From an uncultured bacterium (GTDB lineage Bacteria > Hydrothermota > UBA3073 > NMUJ01 > CBEVQO01): a stretch of 64,000 nt of DNA. A program made the position numbers and the translations under genes. This document shows, piece by piece, positions 8,836 through 18,036 of this stretch (positions are counted from its first letter, which is position 1; each line of letters starts with the position of its first letter). A model generated the notes under the pieces. It searched no databases, was not told the DNA's origin, and was given only the letters and a program-made list of their open reading frames with translations. The stretch is taken from assembly GCA_965552055.1 (NCBI GenBank), contig CBEVQO010000001.1, forward strand, positions 431,106-495,105, in the 5' to 3' direction.

Positions 8836-10550
8836 AAGAAAAAATCAAAAATTTACCCGATAAACCAGGTGTTTACATAATGAAAGACGCAAAAGGAAAG
8901 GTTTTGTATGTGGGTAAAGCATCTTCTTTGCAGAATCGCCTCAAATCTTATTTTTCTTCTGACCTGCCTGTAAAAACAAAGGCATTAATGAGAAAAGTTC
9001 ATGACTTCGATTACATAGTTACAAAATCTGAAGCAGAAGCACTTGCACTTGAAGCAAGTTTGATAAAGTTTCATAAACCAGATTACAACATAAGACTAAA
9101 AGACGATAAAAAATATCCTTACATAAAGATTACGATTTACGAAGATTTTCCTGCTGTTTATCCAACAAGGGATTTAAGGGATAAAAATGCAATTTATTTT
9201 GGCCCCTATACAAGTGTAAAGACGATGAAGCGTGCGTTAAAAGCTGTTCGCGATATTTTCCCGGTAAGGATGTGCAGGACGATGCCTAAAAAAGCTTGCC
9301 TTATGTATGATATTGGCAAATGTTCGGGACCATGTGAAGGACATATCTCAAAAGAGGAATATCAAAACCTTGTGAAAAAATTTATAGATTTGTTATCGGG
9401 TAAAACAGAGGAAGTCGAAAAATTACTTGAAAAGGAGATGAAAGAATATGCCGATGCACTTGAATTTGAGAAAGCAGCTTTAGTTCGCGATAGGTTGCTT
9501 TCGGTTCGTGACCTTGTTAAAAAGCAAAGTGTTATTTTTGATAAACCAGAAGATGCAGATGTTTTTGGTGTAGCACATGCTGGAAATGTTGCATGCTGTG
9601 AGCTCATGCATGTAAGAGAAGGAAGACTCATAGGTGCGGAACACTATATCCTTAAATGCTCAAAAGACGATAAAAATTCGCAAATTTTAAGTGCTTTCGT
9701 ATCACAATATTATTCGAGCGCTTATTTTAAACCTCAAAAAGTGATAGTGCCGGAGATTGAAGATAAAGAATTAATTGAAGAGTGGCTTAAATTAAAAGTT
9801 ATTATTCCTAAATCTGGCAAAGAAAAAGAAATTTTAAATTTAGCAATGGAGAATGCAAAATTACATTTGATGGAAGAGACGCCGGAAAAAATTCCTGCTG
9901 TTTTGTCGCAGTTAAAAGATATTCTAAAACTTTCTAAAGTTCCAAGAAAAATATATGCTTTTGATGTGTCGCATACTTTTGGTGATGAAATCACGGGTTC
10001 CTGTGTGGTATTTGAAGATGCCCGTCCAAAAAAATCAGAATATAGAAGGTTTAAGATTAAAACGGTTAAAAAGATAGATGATTATTCAGCGATGAGAGAA
10101 ATCGTTTTTCGAAAGGTTCGCGATGATGGAGCACCTGATTTTATCCTTGTTGATGGTGGTGTAGGGCAAATAGGAGCTGCTTTAAAAGCTCTTTCGGAAC
10201 TTAATGCCGATGTGCCGGTATTCGGGCTGGCAAAGCGCTTTGAGCAACTTTACACTCCTTCAGGCGAAATAGTGTCTATACCAAAAGATTCAATCGCACT
10301 AAGATTGCTTCAAAGGATAAGAAATGAAGCCCACAGATTTGCAGTAAGCTACCACAGGAAATTAAGAGATAAAATCGAATTATCTCTTACTGAAATCCCG
10401 GGTATCGGTGAAAAGCGTGCAAAAGCTCTCTTGAAATATTTTTATACGATTGACAGGTTAAAAAAGGCATCTGTTGATGAAATAGCAAAAGTCCCCGGTA
10501 TTGGTAAGCGTTACGCAGAAATAATTTACAGTTATCTCCATAAAGAATGA
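8808..10550 (+). CDS. uvrC: Excinuclease ABC subunit C
   Basis: GIY-YIG (GVYIM...YVGKA), UVR domain, RNase H-like FDVSH/VDGG, HhH tail. Confidence 0.97.
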   Translation: MADNRANFLKEKIKNLPDKPGVYIMKDAKGKVLYVGKASSLQNRLKSYFSSDLPVKTKALMRKVHDFDYIVTKSEAEALALEASLIKFHKPDYNIRLKDDKKYPYIKITIYEDFPAVYPTRDLRDKNAIYFGPYTSVKTMKRALKAVRDIFPVRMCRTMPKKACLMYDIGKCSGPCEGHISKEEYQNLVKKFIDLLSGKTEEVEKLLEKEMKEYADALEFEKAALVRDRLLSVRDLVKKQSVIFDKPEDADVFGVAHAGNVACCELMHVREGRLIGAEHYILKCSKDDKNSQILSAFVSQYYSSAYFKPQKVIVPEIEDKELIEEWLKLKVIIPKSGKEKEILNLAMENAKLHLMEETPEKIPAVLSQLKDILKLSKVPRKIYAFDVSHTFGDEITGSCVVFEDARPKKSEYRRFKIKTVKKIDDYSAMREIVFRKVRDDGAPDFILVDGGVGQIGAALKALSELNADVPVFGLAKRFEQLYTPSGEIVSIPKDSIALRLLQRIRNEAHRFAVSYHRKLRDKIELSLTEIPGIGEKRAKALLKYFYTIDRLKKASVDEIAKVPGIGKRYAEIIYSYLHKE

Positions 10551-12628
10551 AAAGAATTTCTTTATTTTCAGATGTACAATTTTTAAGGGGTGTGGGTCCA
10601 AAATATCTTCCCCTTATCAAAAAATTGTTGAAAAAAGATTCACAGAAAATAAGGGTTTATGATTTGCTTCATCATTTTCCTCGTGATTATTCAAAAAGGA
10701 AGTTGATAAAGGATTTGCGTCCAGGTGAAAAGTCCTTTATTTATGCAAGGATTATTCAGTGTGATGAAAGACAAACCAGCAAAGGTCCTGTTTTTACAGT
10801 TGATATCAGTGATGGCACGGGCAATGTTCAATGTGCTTTCTTTAACTATTCAGAAATTGCAAAAAAGAGATTTAGATGGGGGAGACTTGTGAAAATAGAA
10901 GGCGAGCCCCAGATGTTTGGAAAAGACCTGCAATTTGTAAATCCAATTGTAGAATTCAACCCTGAAGATAAAAAGCAAAAGTTACTTCCAGTTTATCCTT
11001 TAACAGAAGGATTAAGATTAGAACATTTAAGATTTATAATGGAAAATGCAATGAATACGATAGAAGAAGTTGAAGAAACACTCTCGCCTAAAATCAGAGA
11101 AAAATACAATTTGATTGAGAAAAAAGTTGCTTTAAAAAATATTCACTTTCCTGAAGATGAAATAATGTTGCAGAAAGCAATCTATAGATTAAAATTTGAA
11201 GAACTATTCTTTCTGGAACTCGCAGTTGCTCAAAAATACAGGAAATATAAAAAAATAGGGATACAGTTTGGCAAAGGAAGCAAGCTATCCCGTCAATTTT
11301 ACGAAAGATTGAAAAAAGAAAATCCCGATTTTGAACTCACACGCTCGCAGAAAAAAGTTTTGTGGGAAATTTTTCAGGATATGGAGCGTCCCGAAGCTAT
11401 GAACCGTCTTTTGCAGGGCGATGTAGGAAGTGGTAAAACAATAGTTGCATCTTTTTGCATCTTAAAGGCAATAGAAAACGGCTATCAGGTTGCTTTTATG
11501 GCACCAACAGAAATACTCGCAGAACAACATTTCATATTGCTAAAAGATTATTTTGAAGAACTCGGAGTTAAAATAGCTTTATTAATAGGAAGTACGCCAA
11601 AAAATGAAAAGGAGAAAATTTATAAAGAGCTGAAAGAGGGAGAAATCGATCTTGTGATAGGCACCCATGCCTTACTTTTTGAGAAAGTTGAATTTAAAAA
11701 TCTTGGTTTTGTTGTGATTGATGAGCAGCACAAATTTGGGGTGCTACAGCGTGCCAGATTGCGTGAAAAGGGCACAGCACCTGATTTGCTCGTAATGACA
11801 GCAACACCCATCCCACGCAGTTTGTCTCTAACTCTATACGGAGAACTTGATATCTCAACAATCGAAGAATTACCACCCGGAAGAAAACCAGTGAAAACTT
11901 ACATAATATCGGAAGAAAACATAGAAGGTGTTTATAACTTTGTCAAGAAGGAACTGGATAAGGGACATCAGTGTTACATTGTCTATCCTGCAGTTGAGGA
12001 GACACAGGATGAATTGAAAACAGCAAAAGGTGAATATCGCAAATTGAAGGAAATTTTTAAAGATTATAAAGTTGGTTTGTTATATGGCAAAATGACAGGT
12101 TATGAGAAAACAAAGGTAATGCGTGATTTCAGGGAAGGCAAAATTCAGGTTTTATGTGCCACAACAGTAATAGAAATAGGACTCGATGCTCCAAAAGCTA
12201 CCTGTATCGTCATCCAGCATGCGGAAAGATTTGGATTGGCACAGCTGCATCAATTGAGGGGAAGAGTAGGAAGAAGTGAGTTGCAATCTTATTGCTTTTT
12301 AGTAGTATCAAAAAATAAAGTGAAGGATAAAGCAGCAGAGAGATTAAAAGTTTTATTGAGAGAAAACAATGGCTTTAAAATAGCACAGAAGGATTTGGAA
12401 ATAAGGGGACCTGGTGAATTTTTGGGTATACGCCAGCATGGCTTTTTGCGTTTAAAAATAGCAGATATTGTGAAAGATTTCGGAATACTGAAAAGAGCAA
12501 GAGAAGCGGCATTTAATTTGATAAAAGAAGACCCTTTACTTTGTAAAGAAGAAAACAGATGTATACGCAAAGAATTTGAAAGATTGATAAATGAAGGAGA
12601 GATTTCACTTGATTTTGAAATAAGCTAA
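10547..12628 (+). CDS. recG: ATP-dependent DNA helicase RecG
   Basis: LLQGDVGSGKT, DEQHKFG, MTATPIPR, QLHQLRGRVGR, DLEIRGPG. Confidence 0.97.
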   Translation: MKRISLFSDVQFLRGVGPKYLPLIKKLLKKDSQKIRVYDLLHHFPRDYSKRKLIKDLRPGEKSFIYARIIQCDERQTSKGPVFTVDISDGTGNVQCAFFNYSEIAKKRFRWGRLVKIEGEPQMFGKDLQFVNPIVEFNPEDKKQKLLPVYPLTEGLRLEHLRFIMENAMNTIEEVEETLSPKIREKYNLIEKKVALKNIHFPEDEIMLQKAIYRLKFEELFFLELAVAQKYRKYKKIGIQFGKGSKLSRQFYERLKKENPDFELTRSQKKVLWEIFQDMERPEAMNRLLQGDVGSGKTIVASFCILKAIENGYQVAFMAPTEILAEQHFILLKDYFEELGVKIALLIGSTPKNEKEKIYKELKEGEIDLVIGTHALLFEKVEFKNLGFVVIDEQHKFGVLQRARLREKGTAPDLLVMTATPIPRSLSLTLYGELDISTIEELPPGRKPVKTYIISEENIEGVYNFVKKELDKGHQCYIVYPAVEETQDELKTAKGEYRKLKEIFKDYKVGLLYGKMTGYEKTKVMRDFREGKIQVLCATTVIEIGLDAPKATCIVIQHAERFGLAQLHQLRGRVGRSELQSYCFLVVSKNKVKDKAAERLKVLLRENNGFKIAQKDLEIRGPGEFLGIRQHGFLRLKIADIVKDFGILKRAREAAFNLIKEDPLLCKEENRCIRKEFERLINEGEISLDFEIS

Positions 12629-14061
12629 GGGCTGTATTTTACTAAATAAGTTTTTGGATGAGGCGAGACATACATAACTTTGAATTTCTCGATGCTATCT
12701 TTGATTGCTGGTATCAGGTATTTGTAAGTGGTCATCGTCCATCTGAAAGCATCTATAACTATGTAATCTGCTTTTTTTATAGCCTGCCACATTTTTATGT
12801 GATCTGAAGTCATTGGATAGCCAAATGCTTTTCTATCCGAAAAGAACCACATAAATTCCGGTTTTCTGCACAATATTTTGGCATCCCTCTCAGTATATTT
12901 TTTACACCATTTTGCGACATCAAAGTAAGAAATCCAGTCGGGTGGATAAGGTCTTCTAACTTGCTCGGAATACCGGAAGATAGCGATAAGGGCAAAAATT
13001 GAAAATATTGCGGTTAAAATATGTAAACCAAATTTTATCTTTTCCACGCTCTTTGAAACAAAGTATAAAACGAAAGGAAAAACAGGAAGAATGAATCTTG
13101 CCCCGGTCCATACTTCTGGCCAGATAAGAACAACACCCATATAAAAAATCAGGATAAGATGCAAAATGTTAACTTTTCTCAATTTCAACAATGTAAAGAT
13201 AAAACCTGCTATCATCAGCCCTGTAATTATTAACGATGCAAAAGTGTTTATTTTACCGATTAATAAAATTTTCGACATCAAAAATCCGCTATACATCTTC
13301 AAATTGTGCCATATTCTTTTCAGCAAATCCAAAAATGTTATCCTCCCGAGTTCAGGTGCATATGGGTTTTTCCAGAGAAATTGTGCAAAATAACTTTCGC
13401 CTCCACCAGCATACCTGTTGCGTATAAGCCATGGCAAAATCAAAACAAAAATGATTAAAAAAGCAACTAAAAATTCGCGATATTTTTTCCTGATTAAAAG
13501 ATAAAGCAAAATTGCAGGAAAATAAGCAATGCCAACGCTCCTAACATAATAAGCGAATATGCTCGCAAAGACGGAAAAAATAAGATAAAGAAATCTCCCC
13601 TCTTTTTCCCATTTCAAGAATAGATAAACAAAAAGTAAAGAAGAAAAGATAAAAGGAACTTCAGATAAAATGACAGAATGATATTTCAGAAAAAGAGGGT
13701 TTATCGCGAATAAAGGCAACAAAAAATTTACTCCTTTTTCCCATATCATTTGCAGGATAAGGTAAAATAAAATTGTGGACACCATTCCCATTAAGAAAAC
13801 CCAGATTTTAAATGCCATTATATTCCTGCCGAAAAGTAAGTGAGGAATGGTCAGTAGAAAGGGGAAACCGGGCGGAAAATGTTTTGCAGCAGGCTCATCG
13901 GGCTTATAAATCTCTTTGTAACCTTTACCCGAAATTATCGATTCACACAAAGCAATATAACAAACATTATCGCCACCTGTGGATAATTTTTTATCGAATA
14001 AAAATACTCCAAAAAGAAATTGGCAACAAAGAGAAATTATAAGAATAAAGTGCTTTTTCAT
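12625..14061 (-). CDS. GT-C fold polytopic membrane glycosyltransferase (ArnT/PMT-like)
   Basis: GGD after TM1, FPPGFP, LSEVPF, many TM helices, soluble C-terminal domain. ATG 14061 fits the promoter. Confidence 0.7.
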   Translation of the reverse strand: MKKHFILIISLCCQFLFGVFLFDKKLSTGGDNVCYIALCESIISGKGYKEIYKPDEPAAKHFPPGFPFLLTIPHLLFGRNIMAFKIWVFLMGMVSTILFYLILQMIWEKGVNFLLPLFAINPLFLKYHSVILSEVPFIFSSLLFVYLFLKWEKEGRFLYLIFSVFASIFAYYVRSVGIAYFPAILLYLLIRKKYREFLVAFLIIFVLILPWLIRNRYAGGGESYFAQFLWKNPYAPELGRITFLDLLKRIWHNLKMYSGFLMSKILLIGKINTFASLIITGLMIAGFIFTLLKLRKVNILHLILIFYMGVVLIWPEVWTGARFILPVFPFVLYFVSKSVEKIKFGLHILTAIFSIFALIAIFRYSEQVRRPYPPDWISYFDVAKWCKKYTERDAKILCRKPEFMWFFSDRKAFGYPMTSDHIKMWQAIKKADYIVIDAFRWTMTTYKYLIPAIKDSIEKFKVMYVSPHPKTYLVKYSP

Positions 14062-14067
14062 CAAATT

Positions 14068-14094
14068 ATTTTAAATGAAATTTTATGTTGTCAA
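14068..14094 (-). promoter_or_regulatory. Sigma70-like promoter TTGACA-N15-TAAAAT (leaderless)
   Basis: -35 at 14094-14089, -10 at 14073-14068, ATG 6 nt later. Confidence 0.7.
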
Positions 14095-14114
14095 TTCTTT
14101 TTCTTGATTATAAT
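14088..14114 (+). promoter_or_regulatory. Sigma70-like promoter TTGTCA-N15-TATAAT (leaderless, que operon)
   Basis: -35 at 14088-14093, TATAAT at 14109-14114, ATG at 14118/14121. Confidence 0.7.
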
Positions 14115-14120
14115 AAAATG

Positions 14121-14489
14121 ATGTATGTGCTTGAGGTGAAAAGGAAGTTTTCAGCAGCTCACAGTTTGCGAGGATATGGTGGGGAATGCGAAAAATTACA
14201 TGGACATAATTTTGAAGTAACGCTGAAAGTAAAAGTTGAAAAATTAAATAAAATAGGAATCACGATTGACTTTAAGAAGATAGATGAAATATTAAAAGAA
14301 ATACTGGAAGAGCTGGATCATCAAAATTTAAATGAATTACCTTATTTTTCGGATAAAAATCCATCTGCTGAAAACATAGCAAAATTTATTTTTGAGAAAG
14401 CAAAGGGGAGAATAAAAGAAGGGAAAGTTATTGAAGTAAAAGTAAGCGAAACAGATAAATATTCTGTCAGTTATCGTGAAGATTTGTGA
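14121..14489 (+). CDS. queD: 6-carboxy-5,6,7,8-tetrahydropterin synthase
   Basis: FSAAH, CEKLHGHN, LDHQNLN, PSAENIA. Start reassigned from the promoter position. Confidence 0.93.
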   Translation: MYVLEVKRKFSAAHSLRGYGGECEKLHGHNFEVTLKVKVEKLNKIGITIDFKKIDEILKEILEELDHQNLNELPYFSDKNPSAENIAKFIFEKAKGRIKEGKVIEVKVSETDKYSVSYREDL

Positions 14490-15093
14490 ATTATTTACGA
14501 GCATTCAGGGTGAAACCACTTTTCAAGGATTGCCTTTCACTTTTATAAGAGTAGCAGGTTGCAACCTCAATTGTAAATGGTGTGATACGCAATATGCAAG
14601 GGGCAATGGTAAGGAAATGAAAATAGATGACATTATAAATTTTGTGAAAAGACAGGGTTTAAAATATGTGATGGTTACAGGTGGAGAACCCCTTTTGCAG
14701 GAAGAGACTTATATTTTATGTGATGATTTACTGAAAATGGGATACACTGTACTGGTTGAAACAAATGGTTCTATTCTGGTTGACAAATTGAAAAAAGAAA
14801 TAATAAAGATTGTGGATGTAAAATGCCCTTCATCCGGTGAACACGAAAAAATGAAGTTTGAGAATTTCAAATATTTGACAGAAAAGGACGAAATAAAATT
14901 TGTAATAATGAATAGAAAAGATTATGAATATGCTAAGAGAATCATTCAAGAATTTGATTTATGGGGCAGAAAGATTTTATTTTCTCCTGTTCATAATGTT
15001 ATGTCTGCGAGAACTCTGGCTGAATGGCTTCTGGAAGACAAATTAAATGCAAAATTACAGATACAATTGCATAAATATCTTTCTATGAAATGA
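14476..15093 (+). CDS. queE: 7-carboxy-7-deazaguanine synthase (radical SAM)
   Basis: SIQGE, CNLNCKWCDT, TGGEP, ETNGS, QLHKY. Confidence 0.93.
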   Translation: MKICELFTSIQGETTFQGLPFTFIRVAGCNLNCKWCDTQYARGNGKEMKIDDIINFVKRQGLKYVMVTGGEPLLQEETYILCDDLLKMGYTVLVETNGSILVDKLKKEIIKIVDVKCPSSGEHEKMKFENFKYLTEKDEIKFVIMNRKDYEYAKRIIQEFDLWGRKILFSPVHNVMSARTLAEWLLEDKLNAKLQIQLHKYLSMK

Positions 15094-15488
15094 TTGAATT
15101 TGTAAAACTTGCTTTAACTCCAATTGTTTTAATATCTGCAGAGGGATTAATAATTTTAACTGCACAGAATAGATATGGAAGGGTTATTGACAGAATCAGG
15201 GAATTGTACAGCATCTATCGTGCAGATGTTGAACGGCGCGATATTTTAAAGACAGAACTTTTAATTTTACTTAAAAGGGGCAAAATTTTGCGTAATGCTA
15301 TGATTTTTTATTTCACTTCGATTTTCTTTTGCCTCATCACATCTATGGGTTTATTTTTAAGAATTAGACAGTCTTTTTGTATAATTACTTTTTCAATTGC
15401 TCTCTTTCTTTTTATTTTGGGAGTAATTTTCAGCATCTGGGATTTGATTTTTTCTTATAAAGCTGTTGAAAAAGAGGTGAGTTTATGA
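15090..15488 (+). CDS. Small membrane protein, DUF2721-like
   Basis: LTPIVLISA...NRYGRVIDRIR, three hydrophobic segments. Confidence 0.65.
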   Translation: MIEFVKLALTPIVLISAEGLIILTAQNRYGRVIDRIRELYSIYRADVERRDILKTELLILLKRGKILRNAMIFYFTSIFFCLITSMGLFLRIRQSFCIITFSIALFLFILGVIFSIWDLIFSYKAVEKEVSL

Positions 15489-16135
15489 AAGCGGTTGTTC
15501 TTGCATCAGGTGGCATTGATTCCTGTGTTTGTCTTGCTATCGCCATACGCCATTATGAAGTTGCGTTGCTACATGTAAACTATGGACAAAGAACAGAAAA
15601 AAAAGAATTGGAATGCTTTGAAAAACTCGCAAATTATTATGGAATAAAGGAAAAACTGATTGTAAATTTGCCTCATTTGAAAGAAATAGGGGGCTCAAGT
15701 TTAACAGATGAAAAAATGGAAATAGAAGAAGGTTTAAGTGATGATATACCATCTACTTATGTTCCTTTTCGCAATGCCAACATTTTGGCTGTTGCTGTCT
15801 CCTGGGCAGAAGTTATAGGTGCTGAGCGCATATTCATAGGAGCAATCGAAGAAGATGCGCCTGGATATCCTGATTGCAGAAAAAAGTTTTACGATGCCTT
15901 CCAAAAAGTGATAGAAACAGGAACGAAAAAAGGAAACATTAAAATTTGCACACCTTTGATAAAATTGAAAAAGTCAAAGGTTGTCGAAATCGGTGCAAAA
16001 TTGGGCGCACCTTTTCATCTCACATGGTCATGCTATAAAAATGAGGAAAAAGCATGCGGTAAATGTGATAGTTGCTTGCGGCGCTTGCGAGCATTTAAAG
16101 AAGCAGGAATAAAAGACCCTATCCCTTACGAATAA
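15485..16135 (+). CDS. queC: 7-cyano-7-deazaguanine synthase
   Basis: SGGIDS PP-loop, YGQR, TYVPFRN, GYPDCR, SCY...CGKCDSC. Confidence 0.96.
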   Translation: MKAVVLASGGIDSCVCLAIAIRHYEVALLHVNYGQRTEKKELECFEKLANYYGIKEKLIVNLPHLKEIGGSSLTDEKMEIEEGLSDDIPSTYVPFRNANILAVAVSWAEVIGAERIFIGAIEEDAPGYPDCRKKFYDAFQKVIETGTKKGNIKICTPLIKLKKSKVVEIGAKLGAPFHLTWSCYKNEEKACGKCDSCLRRLRAFKEAGIKDPIPYE

Positions 16136-16141
16136 AATTAA

Positions 16142-16168
16142 TTGTCAAAGTTATTTTGAGGTTATAAT
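16142..16168 (+). promoter_or_regulatory. Sigma70-like promoter TTGTCA-N15-TATAAT (leaderless)
   Basis: Hexamers at 16142-16147 and 16163-16168; ATG 16174. Confidence 0.7.
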
Positions 16169-16173
16169 TGGTG

Positions 16174-17997
16174 ATGAGGCGGGAGCTTGGTTTATTTTCT
16201 GTTTTCTCTATTGTCGCAGGTGCTATGATAAGTTCCGGGCTTTTTGTTTTACCCGGCATAATTTACAGGATTGCTGGACCTTCCATAATTCTATCTTACA
16301 TCCTCGCAGGTATTTTGATTTTGCCAACCCTTTTCTCCAAAGCAGAGTTAGCTACCGCGATGCCAAAAGCGGGTGGTACTTACTTCTTTGTAGGCAGAAG
16401 TATGGGTGCATGTGCAGGAGTAATTTCCGGGCTATCAAATTGCTTTGCAACAATCTTAAAAAGTGCCTTCGCATTAATAGGAATTGGCGCCTTCCTACAA
16501 TTGATAAATCCACAGGTGTCTGAACCGCAAATAAAACTGCTTTCCATAATTCTTTGTGCTATATTCGTAATCGCAAATCTTATAAGCATAAAGGTAAGCG
16601 GAAGATTACAGGCGTTCCTCGTTATCTTTTTGTTAACCGTTCTATTTTTGTTTTTCATTCTCGGAATCGAAAAAATTTCTCTCTTTCATTTTCATCCATT
16701 TTTCTCAAAAGGCAAACTCAATATGCTCAAAGCAACGGGCATTGTTTTTATCTCCTACATTGGACTTACAAAGGTAGCAGCTGTAGCCGAAGAAGTTAAA
16801 AATCCCGGTAAAAATTTGCCTTACGGTATGTTGCTTGCACTTATCGTTGTATCTCTTTTATATGCTGGATGTGTCAGTGTAACAATTGGTTTACTTTCGC
16901 CGGATGAAATTTCTCATTCACTCTCACCTCTTTGCCTCGCTTCCACACACATTTATGGCAGGATAACTTTTATTATAATGGCAATAGCTGCAATTTGTGC
17001 ATTTGTAACAACGGCAAACGCTGGAATAATGACGGCATCAAGAACTCTGATAGCAATGAGTAAAGATAAATTATTGCCCGGAAAGATAAAAATTAATTCA
17101 GCGGTGATTATCACAGGAATTTTTATGATTGCAATGATTTTATTTTTAAAAATTGAACAACTCGTAAAAGTAGCATCAACCTTACAGATAATTTTGTTTA
17201 TTATGGTGAATATCTCACTTATAATAATGCGTGAAAGCAAATTGAGTGCCTATCGACCTCAATTCAAAAGTCCCCTGTACCCCTGGGGACAAATAGCTGG
17301 TGTCATAATTTATACTTTTTTACTTTTTGAAATGGGCAAGTTTCCGCTCATAACTTCTGGTGTTTTCATCCTTGCCTGTGTTTTGTGGTATTATTTTTAT
17401 GCCAGAAGCAGAGTCCAGCATCAGTCGGTTTTGATGCATGTTTTAAGCCAGCTAACAGGTGCAGATAAAGAATTGATAAAAGGGAATCTCGAAGAAGAAT
17501 TGATTCAAATTTTAAGAGAAAGGGACGAAGTAAAGGAAGATAGATTCGACAGATTGATAAGAAAATGCGAAATTCTGGATTTGCACGAAAAAATGAATCT
17601 CGAAGAATTTTTGCATTTTATATCGCAAAAACTTTCACAAAAATTGGGAATATCTGAAGATTATTTGTTTAATGAATTTTTGAAAAGAGAACGCGAATGT
17701 TCTACCTGTATTCATCCTGGTCTTGCCATTCCGCATATCGTTTTACCTGGTGAAGGAAAATTTGAAATGATGGTTATAAGGAGTAAGGAAGGAGTAAAAT
17801 TTACAGAAGAGTTTCCTCCTGCTCATATAATTTTTGTGCTGTGCGGAACAATGGATGAGCGCGATTTCTACCTTAGAGCATTGATGGCAATAGCCCAGAC
17901 AGTACAGGAAAAGGGATTCGAAGAAAAATGGATGAAAGCTGAAACAACCGAAGATATAAGAAGATTGATTCTACTATCTCAAAGAAGAAGGCTTTAA
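16174..17997 (+). CDS. APC-family amino acid permease fused to a C-terminal PTS EIIA(Ntr/Fru)-type domain
   Basis: GAMISSGLF, AELATAMPKAGG, AEEVKNP, about 12 TM; C-terminal RERECSTCIHPGLAIPH. Confidence 0.85.
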   Translation: MRRELGLFSVFSIVAGAMISSGLFVLPGIIYRIAGPSIILSYILAGILILPTLFSKAELATAMPKAGGTYFFVGRSMGACAGVISGLSNCFATILKSAFALIGIGAFLQLINPQVSEPQIKLLSIILCAIFVIANLISIKVSGRLQAFLVIFLLTVLFLFFILGIEKISLFHFHPFFSKGKLNMLKATGIVFISYIGLTKVAAVAEEVKNPGKNLPYGMLLALIVVSLLYAGCVSVTIGLLSPDEISHSLSPLCLASTHIYGRITFIIMAIAAICAFVTTANAGIMTASRTLIAMSKDKLLPGKIKINSAVIITGIFMIAMILFLKIEQLVKVASTLQIILFIMVNISLIIMRESKLSAYRPQFKSPLYPWGQIAGVIIYTFLLFEMGKFPLITSGVFILACVLWYYFYARSRVQHQSVLMHVLSQLTGADKELIKGNLEEELIQILRERDEVKEDRFDRLIRKCEILDLHEKMNLEEFLHFISQKLSQKLGISEDYLFNEFLKRERECSTCIHPGLAIPHIVLPGEGKFEMMVIRSKEGVKFTEEFPPAHIIFVLCGTMDERDFYLRALMAIAQTVQEKGFEEKWMKAETTEDIRRLILLSQRRRL

Positions 17998-18004
17998 TCT
18001 TTTC

Positions 18005-18031
18005 TTGACTTTTTCAAATTTGTCTTAAAAT
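18005..18031 (+). promoter_or_regulatory. Sigma70-like promoter TTGACT-N15-TAAAAT (leaderless)
   Basis: GTG start at 18037, 5 nt after the -10. Confidence 0.7.
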
Positions 18032-18036
18032 TATTA

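Noticed and set aside
14095..14120. preQ1 riboswitch upstream of the que genes
   Set aside because: The promoter abuts the start codon, leaving no leader to hold one.
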